A stretch of 64,000 bases of DNA from a virus. Lineage: Duplodnaviria > Caudoviricetes. Both the position numbers and the translations under genes were made by a program. Numbering within the stretch: the stretch's first letter is position 1; the number at the start of each line of letters is the position of its first letter. Under the pieces are notes generated by a model that was not told the DNA's origin, did no database searches, and saw nothing but the letters and a program-made list of their open reading frames with translations. The stretch is from IMG/VR virus record IMGVR_UViG_3300018012_000099. The stretch is one strand, 5' to 3'. Shown here piece by piece: positions 29,681 to 41,100 of the stretch.

Positions 29681-31840
29681 ATGTCACCGTGTAGTCCTAC
29701 AGATGTCTCTTTTCCATCACCCACTGTTCCAAGTGGTCCTCCCATTCCGGGGGTAGGAATACCATTTGCTTTAAAACTTCCGAATATCTCACCATTTCCC
29801 CAAGGTTTCCCAGAAGATTTATTAGAGCTATTTGATAAATTACAGTTAGTTATACCTCCGGGCATATTAAAACCAACTTTATTTCCCAATTTTTCCAAAG
29901 ATGTGTTTGATGGCATATTGAGCATGTTAGATCAATTTATGCCATTCTTAACTCTATATAAATTCTTTTTGCCGGTGCTTAATCTCATCATTTGTATTAT
30001 CGAGGTTTTGTGCGCCCTGATGAACCCTTTTGCGTTGATTTCAGCTATCAATAGATTATTTAGTCAGTGCATTCCAGAATTCTTGAACCTATTTCCCATT
30101 TTTGCTTTGATTATTATGATAATTTCATTACTATTACTTTTGTTAGCCCTAATTGAATACATCATCGCCCAAATATTAAAACTTATTAATGACATTTTAC
30201 GTAATCTCAATGCCCTAATAAAATCATTCCAAGATGCTGACGCTAATGCTGTTTTAGCTATTGCTAACAAGTTAGGTGCTCTACTATGTGTGTTCCAAAA
30301 CCTTTTTGTTCTGCTCTCTATTTTCAATATCATTATTGAAATCATTAGAGATATGCTGAGATTAGCCTTCGCTATTCCTCCATGTGAGGGGTCCTCTAGT
30401 AGTGATATTAATAGTTGTTGTTCTCCACTAACTTGCCCAACTATTGTACAAGGAAATTATACTAGAACAACTGGTACTCTACAATATTTACCAGAAGTGG
30501 GTTTACAAACCAGTATTAATTCTTTTTTTGGACCCACTACTACTGATTTGAGACATGAAACATGGCAATTATATGATCCCTCTCAAACTCAATCACAAGC
30601 CTTTTCTAATATTTACAATGCTTCTGATATCACCAACACAACTAACAAGCCAGTATTTTTTCCTACAGATGCTAATTATACTGCTACTACTAATCCAAAT
30701 CAAGCAGCATATACAGTAAATTTAAGAGTATTTTATAATCCTATTAATTGGGGTCGTACCGGTATTGCGCGTTTCATTCGTTTTAATAATTGTATTATGT
30801 TAGCAGTTCCAACTCCTAATTTGGTTAATTATAATAATTTAAATATCACAGAAAATACTGGCGTTGTTTATCTGGCTGGAGGAGCGGGTTTTGAAGATGA
30901 TGACATAACTGTGCTGACTGGATTTTCTTCTGATGGTATTACCCCCGTTTCTAGTCAAGCTACACTTAATAATTTTCTTCATAGACCACAAACCGTTATT
31001 ATAGTGCCCACCTCTAATGTTTTACCGAATGATGGTTATACATTTTCTAATATTACCTATACTTTCCAACCTAATATGCAAGTTTTATTTAACAAGCAGT
31101 TAGTTACATTAGGGTGTGAACCCAGTGTAGCTCTTAATAGGGCTTTCGTTAATACTGTTATGTTTGGTAATGTGGGGACCCAAACTGTGGCTCTCAATAA
31201 TCTTATCAATAACATTAATGGTCAGGTGTTTCCAGATCCGAATGCCGCTCAACAATGTTTGACTGCTGCCCTTTCTGCTCTGAGAAGCAATCTTTCAGTA
31301 GAGGGTGTCGCAGCTTTTCAAGCTACCGCCACTACTTGTTTGAATAATTTAGCCAATGATACCAGCTCTGCGTTAACTAGTATGGTAGGTATTGGGTTTA
31401 ATGCTTGTCAAAGTACTTTATCACGTGAGCCTACTATCCAGTTTACCTCCGAAACTATTACGGTGACGGTTAATCTTAATGAGAATAATGGATTACCATT
31501 GACACAAGGTATGCCAATTAGTGTGGGTAATGAAATTGCGACTCATATTACTTCGCATATCACTTTTGGCAATATATCTAATTTTACTTATGACGGATAT
31601 CAAGCATTTACCGCTCAGATTTCTAGTCCAACACCGGGTAACGGTCAGATTATGGTAGCATTTGATAATCAAATTTTGTGTACCAACACCCTTTCGACGG
31701 ACCCAACTGTGCCACCAGTCCATACATTACAGACTTTAGACTATCAATTTGTTTATACTCCTTTGGGATCTGTGGGTGGTGATGGTCAGCCACGCAGAGA
31801 TGCGGGCGATGTTAGCAGAAGCGGTAAGGATAATATCTAA
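29681..31840 (+). CDS. Hypothetical virion protein with long hydrophobic helices
   Basis: IFALIIMIISLLLLLLALIEYIIAQIL and other apolar helices, Cys clusters and 2 DGY. Lies within the baseplate block. Confidence 0.55.
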   Translation: MSPCSPTDVSFPSPTVPSGPPIPGVGIPFALKLPNISPFPQGFPEDLLELFDKLQLVIPPGILKPTLFPNFSKDVFDGILSMLDQFMPFLTLYKFFLPVLNLIICIIEVLCALMNPFALISAINRLFSQCIPEFLNLFPIFALIIMIISLLLLLLALIEYIIAQILKLINDILRNLNALIKSFQDADANAVLAIANKLGALLCVFQNLFVLLSIFNIIIEIIRDMLRLAFAIPPCEGSSSSDINSCCSPLTCPTIVQGNYTRTTGTLQYLPEVGLQTSINSFFGPTTTDLRHETWQLYDPSQTQSQAFSNIYNASDITNTTNKPVFFPTDANYTATTNPNQAAYTVNLRVFYNPINWGRTGIARFIRFNNCIMLAVPTPNLVNYNNLNITENTGVVYLAGGAGFEDDDITVLTGFSSDGITPVSSQATLNNFLHRPQTVIIVPTSNVLPNDGYTFSNITYTFQPNMQVLFNKQLVTLGCEPSVALNRAFVNTVMFGNVGTQTVALNNLINNINGQVFPDPNAAQQCLTAALSALRSNLSVEGVAAFQATATTCLNNLANDTSSALTSMVGIGFNACQSTLSREPTIQFTSETITVTVNLNENNGLPLTQGMPISVGNEIATHITSHITFGNISNFTYDGYQAFTAQISSPTPGNGQIMVAFDNQILCTNTLSTDPTVPPVHTLQTLDYQFVYTPLGSVGGDGQPRRDAGDVSRSGKDNI

Positions 31841-33537
31841 TGCCGGCAGATAATACTAATCAGTCTAGTTCAGAAGACAATCAGATTTTTGAAATTGATA
31901 TTGATAAAATATATCATGATTATATTCAGCAGATAGATAGTGTACGTAGTTATGTTAATATAATCGGGCAAAAAACTAACCAACTATTAGACGCTGTGGG
32001 TGGTGATATCAACGCCGCCACTTCTAATAATTTAGTGCCAGCTAAAACGGTTCAAGAGAGCAGATGTCACGCTTTCTTTCGTTTGATTGGTTTTCCAGTT
32101 GTTAATAGCAATCAAAGTAAAATCTATAATCCCGGTCATGATATTATTTACGGTAGCCGTAGCATTTATTTAAAACAGAAAATATATATAGCCACTGATC
32201 CTATTGCAGGTTTTGAGGCGCTGTCTGATTTTCGAGAGCAATATTTTCTAAACAACCTAAAGATTTTTTCTAATCCTACCACAGTAGATGCTGGGGCATT
32301 ATCTTTGTCTGGTGGAGCTAATCCTGCCGGTAAGAGAACTTTTCATTCTCCATTTCTAAATAATACACAACCATTTGACGTTACTATTAAAAATCAAAGT
32401 TATCCAGCTATTTACAATAGTATCGTGGGTGGCGGTAATCCAGGTGATGGTGGTAGCGGAGAGGTTCAACTTTCCGAATATCAGGATGCAGCCGGTAATA
32501 CACCCGCTAATGCTACTTTGCCCCCTACCAAATATCATATCATTACTCCATTTATTGTAGATCCGCGTATTGACTTTACTTGTTCACCTTCTACCAATAG
32601 AATTGGCGTTCCCTTCGTTCCTAATAGATCTTTTCTGCAAGTTTCTAGTAATGTATTTACAGTTCCTCCTTTGGTAGAAACTGTTATTAGAAATAGAATC
32701 AGTGTAACTGATCAATTACAGAATACGGGGGACTATACCCAACAGTTTGCTAGTTTTGTTAAAAACATTAGTAATAATCCTAATCAATCTATTTTAGGAC
32801 AAATCAATCAAAATGATATTCAACAGCTTTCTACTAATGCTCAGTTCTTGCAGTTTATTAATATTGTTCAGGCTATGTGTATCAAATTAGTGGAAGCCCA
32901 GAAAATTATTAATAACGCGCAGGGTCAATATTATTGGTTGCCTATTCCATCTACCACTGGACCGGAAGGTGGAAGTACTGTACAAGGTGTATTTCTACCA
33001 GATAGAATTGCGTCTCAACTAGTAACTGTGGCAGATGGTCAGATTTTGATCAGTCTAGCTCAATCTTTGTTTAGCCAGACCAAACAAAATCCGCAAGCCT
33101 CTACTGCCAACGCTGTTCCAGATCCTGGCGGTTTAGCGGTGGTAGTACAAAATTCCTTAACGCCCAATTCCTCTTCTTCTTTCGTCAATAATGGCGTGGC
33201 TACCCTAGATATGCTGACCGCTAAAAGAAATGGTACCCTAACTCAAGCCGGAGACGCTCTGAGAATTGTAGAAATTATTATGGGAGAGTTCAGTGGGCTA
33301 GGGCTGTGTGACATTATTGCCGTTCTGGGGGCATTGTACACTATGCCCCCAGCCAATTTGCTCGGTTTCTTAGATACTGATGCTCTTAGTAGAATGAATG
33401 TACAGTTCAACCATACTTTCACTAGCCCAGGAATTCAAGTGGCCATGGGCTCTTTTATTGCAACTGTTAATCAATTCTATCAATTAATGGACGCCATTTA
33501 CAATAACGTTTTGACTACCCAGGGTATTTCGGTGTAA
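31840..33537 (+). CDS. Hypothetical virion/baseplate protein
   Basis: 565-aa ORF translationally coupled (TAATG) to the upstream gene and directly before the gp25-like gene. Confidence 0.55.
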   Translation: MPADNTNQSSSEDNQIFEIDIDKIYHDYIQQIDSVRSYVNIIGQKTNQLLDAVGGDINAATSNNLVPAKTVQESRCHAFFRLIGFPVVNSNQSKIYNPGHDIIYGSRSIYLKQKIYIATDPIAGFEALSDFREQYFLNNLKIFSNPTTVDAGALSLSGGANPAGKRTFHSPFLNNTQPFDVTIKNQSYPAIYNSIVGGGNPGDGGSGEVQLSEYQDAAGNTPANATLPPTKYHIITPFIVDPRIDFTCSPSTNRIGVPFVPNRSFLQVSSNVFTVPPLVETVIRNRISVTDQLQNTGDYTQQFASFVKNISNNPNQSILGQINQNDIQQLSTNAQFLQFINIVQAMCIKLVEAQKIINNAQGQYYWLPIPSTTGPEGGSTVQGVFLPDRIASQLVTVADGQILISLAQSLFSQTKQNPQASTANAVPDPGGLAVVVQNSLTPNSSSSFVNNGVATLDMLTAKRNGTLTQAGDALRIVEIIMGEFSGLGLCDIIAVLGALYTMPPANLLGFLDTDALSRMNVQFNHTFTSPGIQVAMGSFIATVNQFYQLMDAIYNNVLTTQGISV

Positions 33538-33572
33538 CCCTAATATTCCGACATTATGGTGTGGAGAACTAG

Positions 33573-34004
33573 ATGTCATTTGATTTACGAATAATTAATG
33601 GAGATTTGGTTATTCAAAACGGTGACTTACGCACCGTGACAGACTCAGAAAAATTAATACAAGATATTCTGAAGATTTGTTTGACCAATGTTGGAGCTAA
33701 TCCCCTCAACCCTGGATACGGTTCTTTCTTATCAAGAACTATTATTGGTAATCCAATGTATACTTCTACCATTGTATCAATAGCCAAAACACAACTCACT
33801 ACTTGTTTAAATAATTTACAAACACTCCAACAAGCTCAAATAAAATCTAGACAAAGAATGACAGCAGATGAACAACTTGCAGCCATATCAGATATATCTG
33901 TAGTTAGAAGTACACTTGATCCTAGATTGTTCAATGTAACTATTAAGGGTATGACAAAAGGCTTTAAACCGATCACAACTGCTTTTCAAGTTTCTACTAT
34001 CTAA
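33573..34004 (+). CDS. Baseplate wedge / sheath initiator (T4 gp25, P2 gpW-like)
   Basis: MSFDLRIINGDLVI...EKLIQDILKICLTNVG...NPGYGS...ISVVRSTLDPRLFNVTI. SD GGAG. Confidence 0.8.
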   Translation: MSFDLRIINGDLVIQNGDLRTVTDSEKLIQDILKICLTNVGANPLNPGYGSFLSRTIIGNPMYTSTIVSIAKTQLTTCLNNLQTLQQAQIKSRQRMTADEQLAAISDISVVRSTLDPRLFNVTIKGMTKGFKPITTAFQVSTI

Positions 34005-34024
34005 AATCTAACCGGGAATGATTA

Positions 34025-37000
34025 ATGGTAACAATCAGAAGCGCCAATGAAATTATCTTAAGCTTGCTAGACTTTTTTAGATTAGCACAGCCCGATCTGG
34101 ACACTAAGCCCGGTACGGTAGCAAGGGATTTGTTCGTTGACGCACCCGCCAGTCAACTTTCCATTCTTTATGACCAGCTTTCTGGTGTGTCAGACAAGCA
34201 ATCATTTCGTTTGGTAACTGGTTCAGATTTGGATAAGCTAGCTAAAAACTTCGGTTTGACTCGAAAACAATCTACACCGTCTGCAGGTGTAGCTCTGATG
34301 ACTTTTGCCTCTATTCCCGCTACCATCAATATCAATAAAGGCGATATCGTTACCTCTAACAGTGGGTTGTCCTTTACAGTCACCGTAGGTGTGTCTGTTA
34401 CTCCTAACGCCCTTAATTTTTATCGCTCTGTAGCCACTAAGTTTGCTAATCAGTTAGCCTTCGTCGGTATTGTCGATCAGTATGCTGTCGAAGTGACTGT
34501 TACCGCTACTTCTCCTGGTTCACAGGGCAATATTGGTCCCTATGCCTTAAACAAAGCAACCACGACTGGCGTTTCTAATGTCACCAATATTTTGTCATTT
34601 CAGGGCGGTACTGATCAAGAAACTGACTCCGCCTTTAGAAACCGTGTTCTGTCTGCTTTTAGTGGCGCTTCAGTTGGTACTACCTTAGGTTATTTGAACA
34701 CTGCCCTAGCGACCACGGGCACTTTAGATGCCGTGGTAATTGGACCAGGCAGCCCACTGATGACACGTGATGGAACGGTGACTACCACTGCTCCAGACGG
34801 AACTATTACTATTGTATCAGAAGGTTCGGGAGGTAAGGTAGATATTTATGTGTTAGGCAACGTTTTGGTACAAAATTCCGACAGTTTTATCTATCAAGAT
34901 AAAAGTAATAACAACGATCCAGCTAGTCCAGCTAATAATTTTGTTTTGGGTCAGATTCCGGGGCAAAGTAATTTTACCGTTACTCAAAAACGTGTTACTG
35001 ATATTGCTGCGGGCACTCTACCCTCTCAACCAGTCTCTTCTCTTCTTTCTGTCAATGGTTCTCAGAGTGGATCTAACTTCGTCCTGCAGACTACTGACGG
35101 TTATGGTCTAACTTCTGGTAACTATAAGCTGATCAAGGATACAGGCGCCTATGCTGGAAGTCCTTTTGGTTTTGATACTTTTGCTTGGACTGACGATAGA
35201 ATTAGAAACTTTCAAGATGGTTTGGTTAAGGGGCAGCCAAACGGTCAAGATGCGGCTACTTTTACCGGATTAACCGAAATCCACGATGTTCAACAAAATC
35301 TTTCTATTACCAACGAGAATAGTACTGTCACCAACGATCGTACCATTATTCAGTTAATACACACTCCAGCTTCCAACGTTACTAGGGTGTTTAACGTCAA
35401 TACAGGTGAACGATACATCATTACCAATCAGAATTTGGATAATACCTCACCATTTAACAATACAGGCAGAATTCAGATTTCAGGTAACACCCTTCCGTCT
35501 CCCAGCGATGTCTTGCAAGTAGATTATACTTGGATAGTAGATTTCGATCAATACTCCGATTTCGATGGATTAGTGGATACACAAAATATTCGTCCAGTCA
35601 CTGATAGTGTGGACTGGGGCTATTCTTCTGAGGTAAAGAATGAATTGGTTACTTTTACTACCACAGCTGGTGGCAACTCTTTTATTGGTATTACTAGTGA
35701 GCCCATAGCTGTTATTGTATCGGCTAGCACTTTTTTGCAAGTAGATGGATATATTCAGAGGGTTACTACAGGTATTTTTATTAATCGCCTGTCAGTAGCG
35801 GTTAATAATTTAGCTATTCCAACCGCTTCCGTTGATTCTATTACTTGGAAAAACTCTAATGCTGAATTGTACAATACAGCCCAAAATAATGGAGTGTTTT
35901 CTAATACAATTTCAGTAGTGGGTATTAGTATTTTATACGATACTACTATCATCCTTCCATCTGATACAGTGGCATCAGTGGGAGATAGGGTTACTGTCTA
36001 TATAAATACTACTAATGTATTTCAGTCTGGATCTGTCCAAGGTAGCTCTAGTGGTACACAGGTGACTATACCTGCTTCGTTAATTAATACTACTGCTACT
36101 GCTATCAATCTTAAAGTTTCCTATATTACCAACATCTCAGATTTATTCTCTTCGGCTATGACTACGTTACCAGCTAGCAGAATTGGTAATGGATATATTT
36201 TAAATGATAACAATGGTTTTAATAATTTTAGTGTAGTAAATGTTTCTAGAAGAGAAAATCAGTTAGTTCAACAGAATCTAAGCAATCAGTTCTTCGTTGA
36301 ATTGAATTTACCAACCAACGCTTATAATTTAGTTCCGAGCGATATCTTAACTGTCTTAAAACTTAAAGATGGTTTAGAATTATGGAATCCAGACCATCAA
36401 GGTACTGTAACCAATGGTCAAGACGGTAATTATCAACTAATTTTAGACGGTTACAATACACCGGTTATAAGTGATAGAGTACTGGTTATTTATTATGCTT
36501 TAGATCAAAATAGATTTCAACCATTTACTTTCGATAATGAGATTATTAAGACACATATTGATAATTTGACCTTCGATACTGTATCTCAAGCTTTCACAAT
36601 ACCTCTAGTTGAATTTACTGCTCAAGCCGGCGAGCTTAATTTTACAGTAATAGATATTAACGACAATGTTACTTTTTTTGACATTACGGATGGTTATTTG
36701 CTTCTTAATGGTCCAGATCAAGCTATTATTAGCAGTCCTACCGTTAACTTCAGTAATATGCCAGATCTTCTTAATAAAAGAGTTAAGATTACTGGAGCCG
36801 CTACCGTTAATAATAATGGCTACTATGATATTATAGGATATAATCCAAATACTAACGATATCGTTATTACTAATGTATTAAGCAAAATAACTAAAGATCA
36901 AGTTTGTGTGGTTCGTGTATTGGACGGACAAGAGTTGTGGAATTATTCTGGTACTATTGATTTGGCTAATAATATATTGATTATTCCTAATACACCGAAC

Positions 37001-38128
37001 GCTGCGGCAGGTGATTTAGTCTATGTTATGTTCTTCAATTTCCAGAATATTCGACACTCTCCGACTAAACTTATCTCCACTACTCAAGATCAAACAATCA
37101 ATACTGGTACTCTAGCTATTAATGGTGCTACAATAGGTATTGTTAAGGATGTAGTTTTAATTTCTACCAGTACTGGTTTGAGAGTTAACTTACAAGAAGC
37201 TCTACAAAAATCATTAGGTTTAAACTCAAGCAATACTATTCCTACCAACATACAAATCATTAAATTAATTAAGATGTCTAAAGTAATCACGGTTAGTCCA
37301 ACCAATGATGAAGTATTAGAAACTATATCTACCTATGATATAAAAAATACCACGATTGCCAATAATTTATTTTTTACTGATCAAATGTTACAAGATACTA
37401 CGTTAGCTAACTTAGAATGTGTATTACCCAATACTACTACTAATAATAGCATGACTGGTGCTACTAACAATTTACCTACTTTAGGAGACTCTCTACAGGT
37501 AACGTTTTACTATATTACTAATGGGAATACAGAAAATTTATCTTATACTAGAAATGGATCGTTATATACTAACAACAGGTTTATTCTAATCAATAGAATA
37601 TATGCTTCTAGTGGATTTACCGCCTCACAAGCTACTAAGTTAACTACAACCTCCTACACACAACCAACACTAGGTGCTAAGTATAATGCTTTTTATGATT
37701 ATTTAGCGCCCAAACAAAACGAAAGAATAGTAATTTCCTACGATTTTAACCAATTGGTAGGTAATGTTACGTTTAGTGTAGAAAATGCTAGACCAATTAA
37801 TGCTGATGTGCTAGTTAAGCAGGCTCCGTTGGTATTATTGGATTTGACCATGAATGTAGTTATTTCTAGTAATTTTCTCACTTCTAGCACCACGGTTCTG
37901 CAAAATCTGCGAAACGCATTATTAGCCGCTCTAACTACTACACAATTAGGGCAGACTATTGATCAGATTACACTAATCAATGTGGCTCAAGGAATTCAGG
38001 GCATAGCCAGAGCTAGAATACTTTATTTCAACAAGACTGGCGCTATCGGTCAAGTTCTCAGTATCACGGCTCAGAAAAATCAATACTTTAATCCAAACAA
38101 CCTTCTCATAAACACTGAATCGATATGA
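34025..38128 (+). CDS. Baseplate J-like wedge protein (T4 gp6-like), extended
   Basis: DLDTKPGTVARDLFVD, DLDKLAKNFGLTRK, GGTDQETDSAFRNRVL and C-terminal INVAQGIQGI. Contains 4 DGY. Confidence 0.85.
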   Translation: MVTIRSANEIILSLLDFFRLAQPDLDTKPGTVARDLFVDAPASQLSILYDQLSGVSDKQSFRLVTGSDLDKLAKNFGLTRKQSTPSAGVALMTFASIPATININKGDIVTSNSGLSFTVTVGVSVTPNALNFYRSVATKFANQLAFVGIVDQYAVEVTVTATSPGSQGNIGPYALNKATTTGVSNVTNILSFQGGTDQETDSAFRNRVLSAFSGASVGTTLGYLNTALATTGTLDAVVIGPGSPLMTRDGTVTTTAPDGTITIVSEGSGGKVDIYVLGNVLVQNSDSFIYQDKSNNNDPASPANNFVLGQIPGQSNFTVTQKRVTDIAAGTLPSQPVSSLLSVNGSQSGSNFVLQTTDGYGLTSGNYKLIKDTGAYAGSPFGFDTFAWTDDRIRNFQDGLVKGQPNGQDAATFTGLTEIHDVQQNLSITNENSTVTNDRTIIQLIHTPASNVTRVFNVNTGERYIITNQNLDNTSPFNNTGRIQISGNTLPSPSDVLQVDYTWIVDFDQYSDFDGLVDTQNIRPVTDSVDWGYSSEVKNELVTFTTTAGGNSFIGITSEPIAVIVSASTFLQVDGYIQRVTTGIFINRLSVAVNNLAIPTASVDSITWKNSNAELYNTAQNNGVFSNTISVVGISILYDTTIILPSDTVASVGDRVTVYINTTNVFQSGSVQGSSSGTQVTIPASLINTTATAINLKVSYITNISDLFSSAMTTLPASRIGNGYILNDNNGFNNFSVVNVSRRENQLVQQNLSNQFFVELNLPTNAYNLVPSDILTVLKLKDGLELWNPDHQGTVTNGQDGNYQLILDGYNTPVISDRVLVIYYALDQNRFQPFTFDNEIIKTHIDNLTFDTVSQAFTIPLVEFTAQAGELNFTVIDINDNVTFFDITDGYLLLNGPDQAIISSPTVNFSNMPDLLNKRVKITGAATVNNNGYYDIIGYNPNTNDIVITNVLSKITKDQVCVVRVLDGQELWNYSGTIDLANNILIIPNTPNAAAGDLVYVMFFNFQNIRHSPTKLISTTQDQTINTGTLAINGATIGIVKDVVLISTSTGLRVNLQEALQKSLGLNSSNTIPTNIQIIKLIKMSKVITVSPTNDEVLETISTYDIKNTTIANNLFFTDQMLQDTTLANLECVLPNTTTNNSMTGATNNLPTLGDSLQVTFYYITNGNTENLSYTRNGSLYTNNRFILINRIYASSGFTASQATKLTTTSYTQPTLGAKYNAFYDYLAPKQNERIVISYDFNQLVGNVTFSVENARPINADVLVKQAPLVLLDLTMNVVISSNFLTSSTTVLQNLRNALLAALTTTQLGQTIDQITLINVAQGIQGIARARILYFNKTGAIGQVLSITAQKNQYFNPNNLLINTESI

Positions 38129-41100
38129 CGACCACCAATCTTCGAATCGTTAATGTACAGGTTATTAGCAGCACAGAGATTCAAGCTACTTTCACCGAAA
38201 ATCTGACACCTAATCTCACCACAGCTAACGTTTCCATTATCTCTACCACCAATGATATACCTAATTCAGAGGTGTTATCTGTCAGTGTATCCGCTGCTAT
38301 CCTTACTGTTTCTTGTCAGCCGTTGACCCCATTTGCTACTTATTATATCAAATTTGTCTCTACACCACAACATCTTTTCGAATCAATCAATGGTGATGCG
38401 GTAATTTTGCAGGATGGTGTTTCTAATCAATTTTTGATTACCGGACCTATTGATCCAGATAATCCAGTAAAAGATTATCTGGTTAATTTTTTCAATGGCA
38501 ATATCTACGATACTGATGTTGAAACTTCTGTTATTTCACAGTATATTAATTCTCTTGCTATTAATTTGGCTCGTGCTTTACACGATATTCGACAAATACA
38601 AAATGAGAATTATCTCTCTTTCACCGTAGTGGACGAACAGCAATTTAGAAGCGAGGGACCGTACGATAGATTGTATGAAGAAGGTGCTTATGAAGTATTA
38701 CGTGTTGGATTAGGACCAACCGATGCTCAAGCTACTATTACTCTGACTTTCGATGATTTTCCGAGTTTTCCAGTTACCCTACAGCAGCAAGAGAATGTAG
38801 AAACACCCACCGTTTCTTCTAGTAATCAGGCTGGAACTTTTAATATTGATACTTTGACATTTAACTTGAATAACTCGCCTGTTACTCAGGTAACTAATAT
38901 TGTATTCACTTTAGGAACTGCTAATCCCATTTACACTTACAATATTGAGTTACTAGGATATCAGATCAACAACTCTAGATACGACCAGAATTTCGCTTCT
39001 AGCTATGCTACTTTAAGTACTAATCAGGTTAGATTAAATACTCAGATTCTGAATGATCCATTGTTTGATATTAATCAAATCATCCACATTCAAATTAACT
39101 ACCAAAGCAAAGATTTAGGTCGTGTCATTAGTGCTAGTAATATTGATATTTTTACGACACTCACTTCTATTAGGGAAGTATTGCCGCCAATTGAAAATGT
39201 TTTTACTCTTCAACATGCTCCGATTACTGATAGCAGTAACAACATCCCGCTACTTGGCGGTGTGCTTTTCTTAGATCCCAACTCTAATACTGGGTCTCTG
39301 CATCCTGCCTTTCTAGTAGAAATTCCATTTCGTCTTAGTGCGCTTCCATATGCTCCAGGGCAATACTCTATTGATTATACTACTGGCACCGTTTACGTCT
39401 ATGGCGCTACTTTGGAAAATGATGGTACCGGACCTTCGCCACCGCTGGCAACTTACGATTATCGTTTTACTTATGTTTCCGAAACGGATTATGTCTACGA
39501 TGTAGACCTGTTGGATTTAGTAGCTTTGCCATTGGGCAATCTAATCAAAAATGCTGGTGTAATTACTTTACTATATGAAGAAGTATTAATTCCGGATACT
39601 GACTATGTCGCTGATACCCATATTGAGTCCTTGACGGAGCGCGTACAAAACCGTTTAGTAGCTTTGAATTCGGTGACGACACTCAACTCTCCTATCACTA
39701 ACGTTTTCCAAATTTTCAATGAAACTTCCGGCGAAATCTATACACTAGATCGTTGGACTCGTAATAACCAAATATATTTTCAGTACACCACTCCTCCACG
39801 CGTTCTGCAACAAGTAGGAGAAAGGGCTACTTTCCAAACAGTCTCTAATGAATTGTTGTTTATTAATAGTATTTCTACCAATACTAATTCGGTTAGAGTA
39901 TTCACTATCTTCCTAGCTAATAACACCATTGTAGATGGTACAGAAGATGGTACTGGTTCCTCAATCAACTCCAGTATGAGTTTCAGTAATGGCAATATTT
40001 TTGTGGTCGAGAGATGGTATAATCAAGAGTTTAATGCCACTTTCAACTTTAATAGATTATCTAATCCAGGTGAATACACGGTGGATTATGTTAACGGCAT
40101 AATATATCTGGCTGTTTCCGCTACACAAAGCAATAACGTGGGTGCAGTTACTTATAAGATGGATGTCATTGATCCAAATTTTCCACACGTTTTAAGTGTA
40201 GATGATATTTACTACCGCGTAAGCCCACTAGCTCCTAAGAACAAGCAGTTTGCTTATCTCAGCTTTGGTGATAGTCACATCATTCCAGACAAGCCGGATC
40301 CTTCTGATGAGGCTTTCCTTAATGGTTTCGTGGGTGCACCTTATCAGCTATTCAATAATCAAGTAGGAACTTTTGTCAGCAGCAGTTTCTTACCTGGCGT
40401 GACCAATCAAGTTAAGTTTGTTAGGGGCGTGTTTGAATACCAAGACTTATTGAATAATACTAATCCGATCAATTTTGCTTCTGCTAGTGTTGGTGGCAAT
40501 TTTAATATTACTGTCAATAGTCTAATGGGTCAAGCGTTCGATTCGGTCCAATTTGACGGCACACATTACTATGTTTTGTTCAATCAAAATATTCCATACC
40601 TATCTACAGATATTTTATTTGACTTTACTATCACTAGAGTGTCTGATGGCTATTCTCTGTGGGACGCTACACATGTCGGCACTATCGTTTCTGGTGATCC
40701 AGTTAAACTTGTACTGACTGGTTTTAATTCCCCACATACGGGAGATTTAGTTAGTGTCACTTACTCTTTCACTATTCTGCCACTATCTCGCGTGATTGTC
40801 GATTACAATAAGGGAGATTACTTTGTCGACTATACTTACTTGGCTGATGAATTAATTATTAGTTATGAGTATGGTGACAACGTAATCGATTTCCGTCAAA
40901 GTAACAAAGTAAGCCCTGGTACACCATATTATGTCACTTATCGTGCCGGTGCTCTCAGGGACGCTTTAGTCAAGAACTTCGGTTCTTTAGTTAACTTGCC
41001 AGAATTAGCTTCTCTGGACGTTAATTTCCCACGTGAAAGATATCGCGATGCCCTGATGGCAGCCCTCTCCTCCTTCTTACAAGGACCTACGGTTGCAGCC

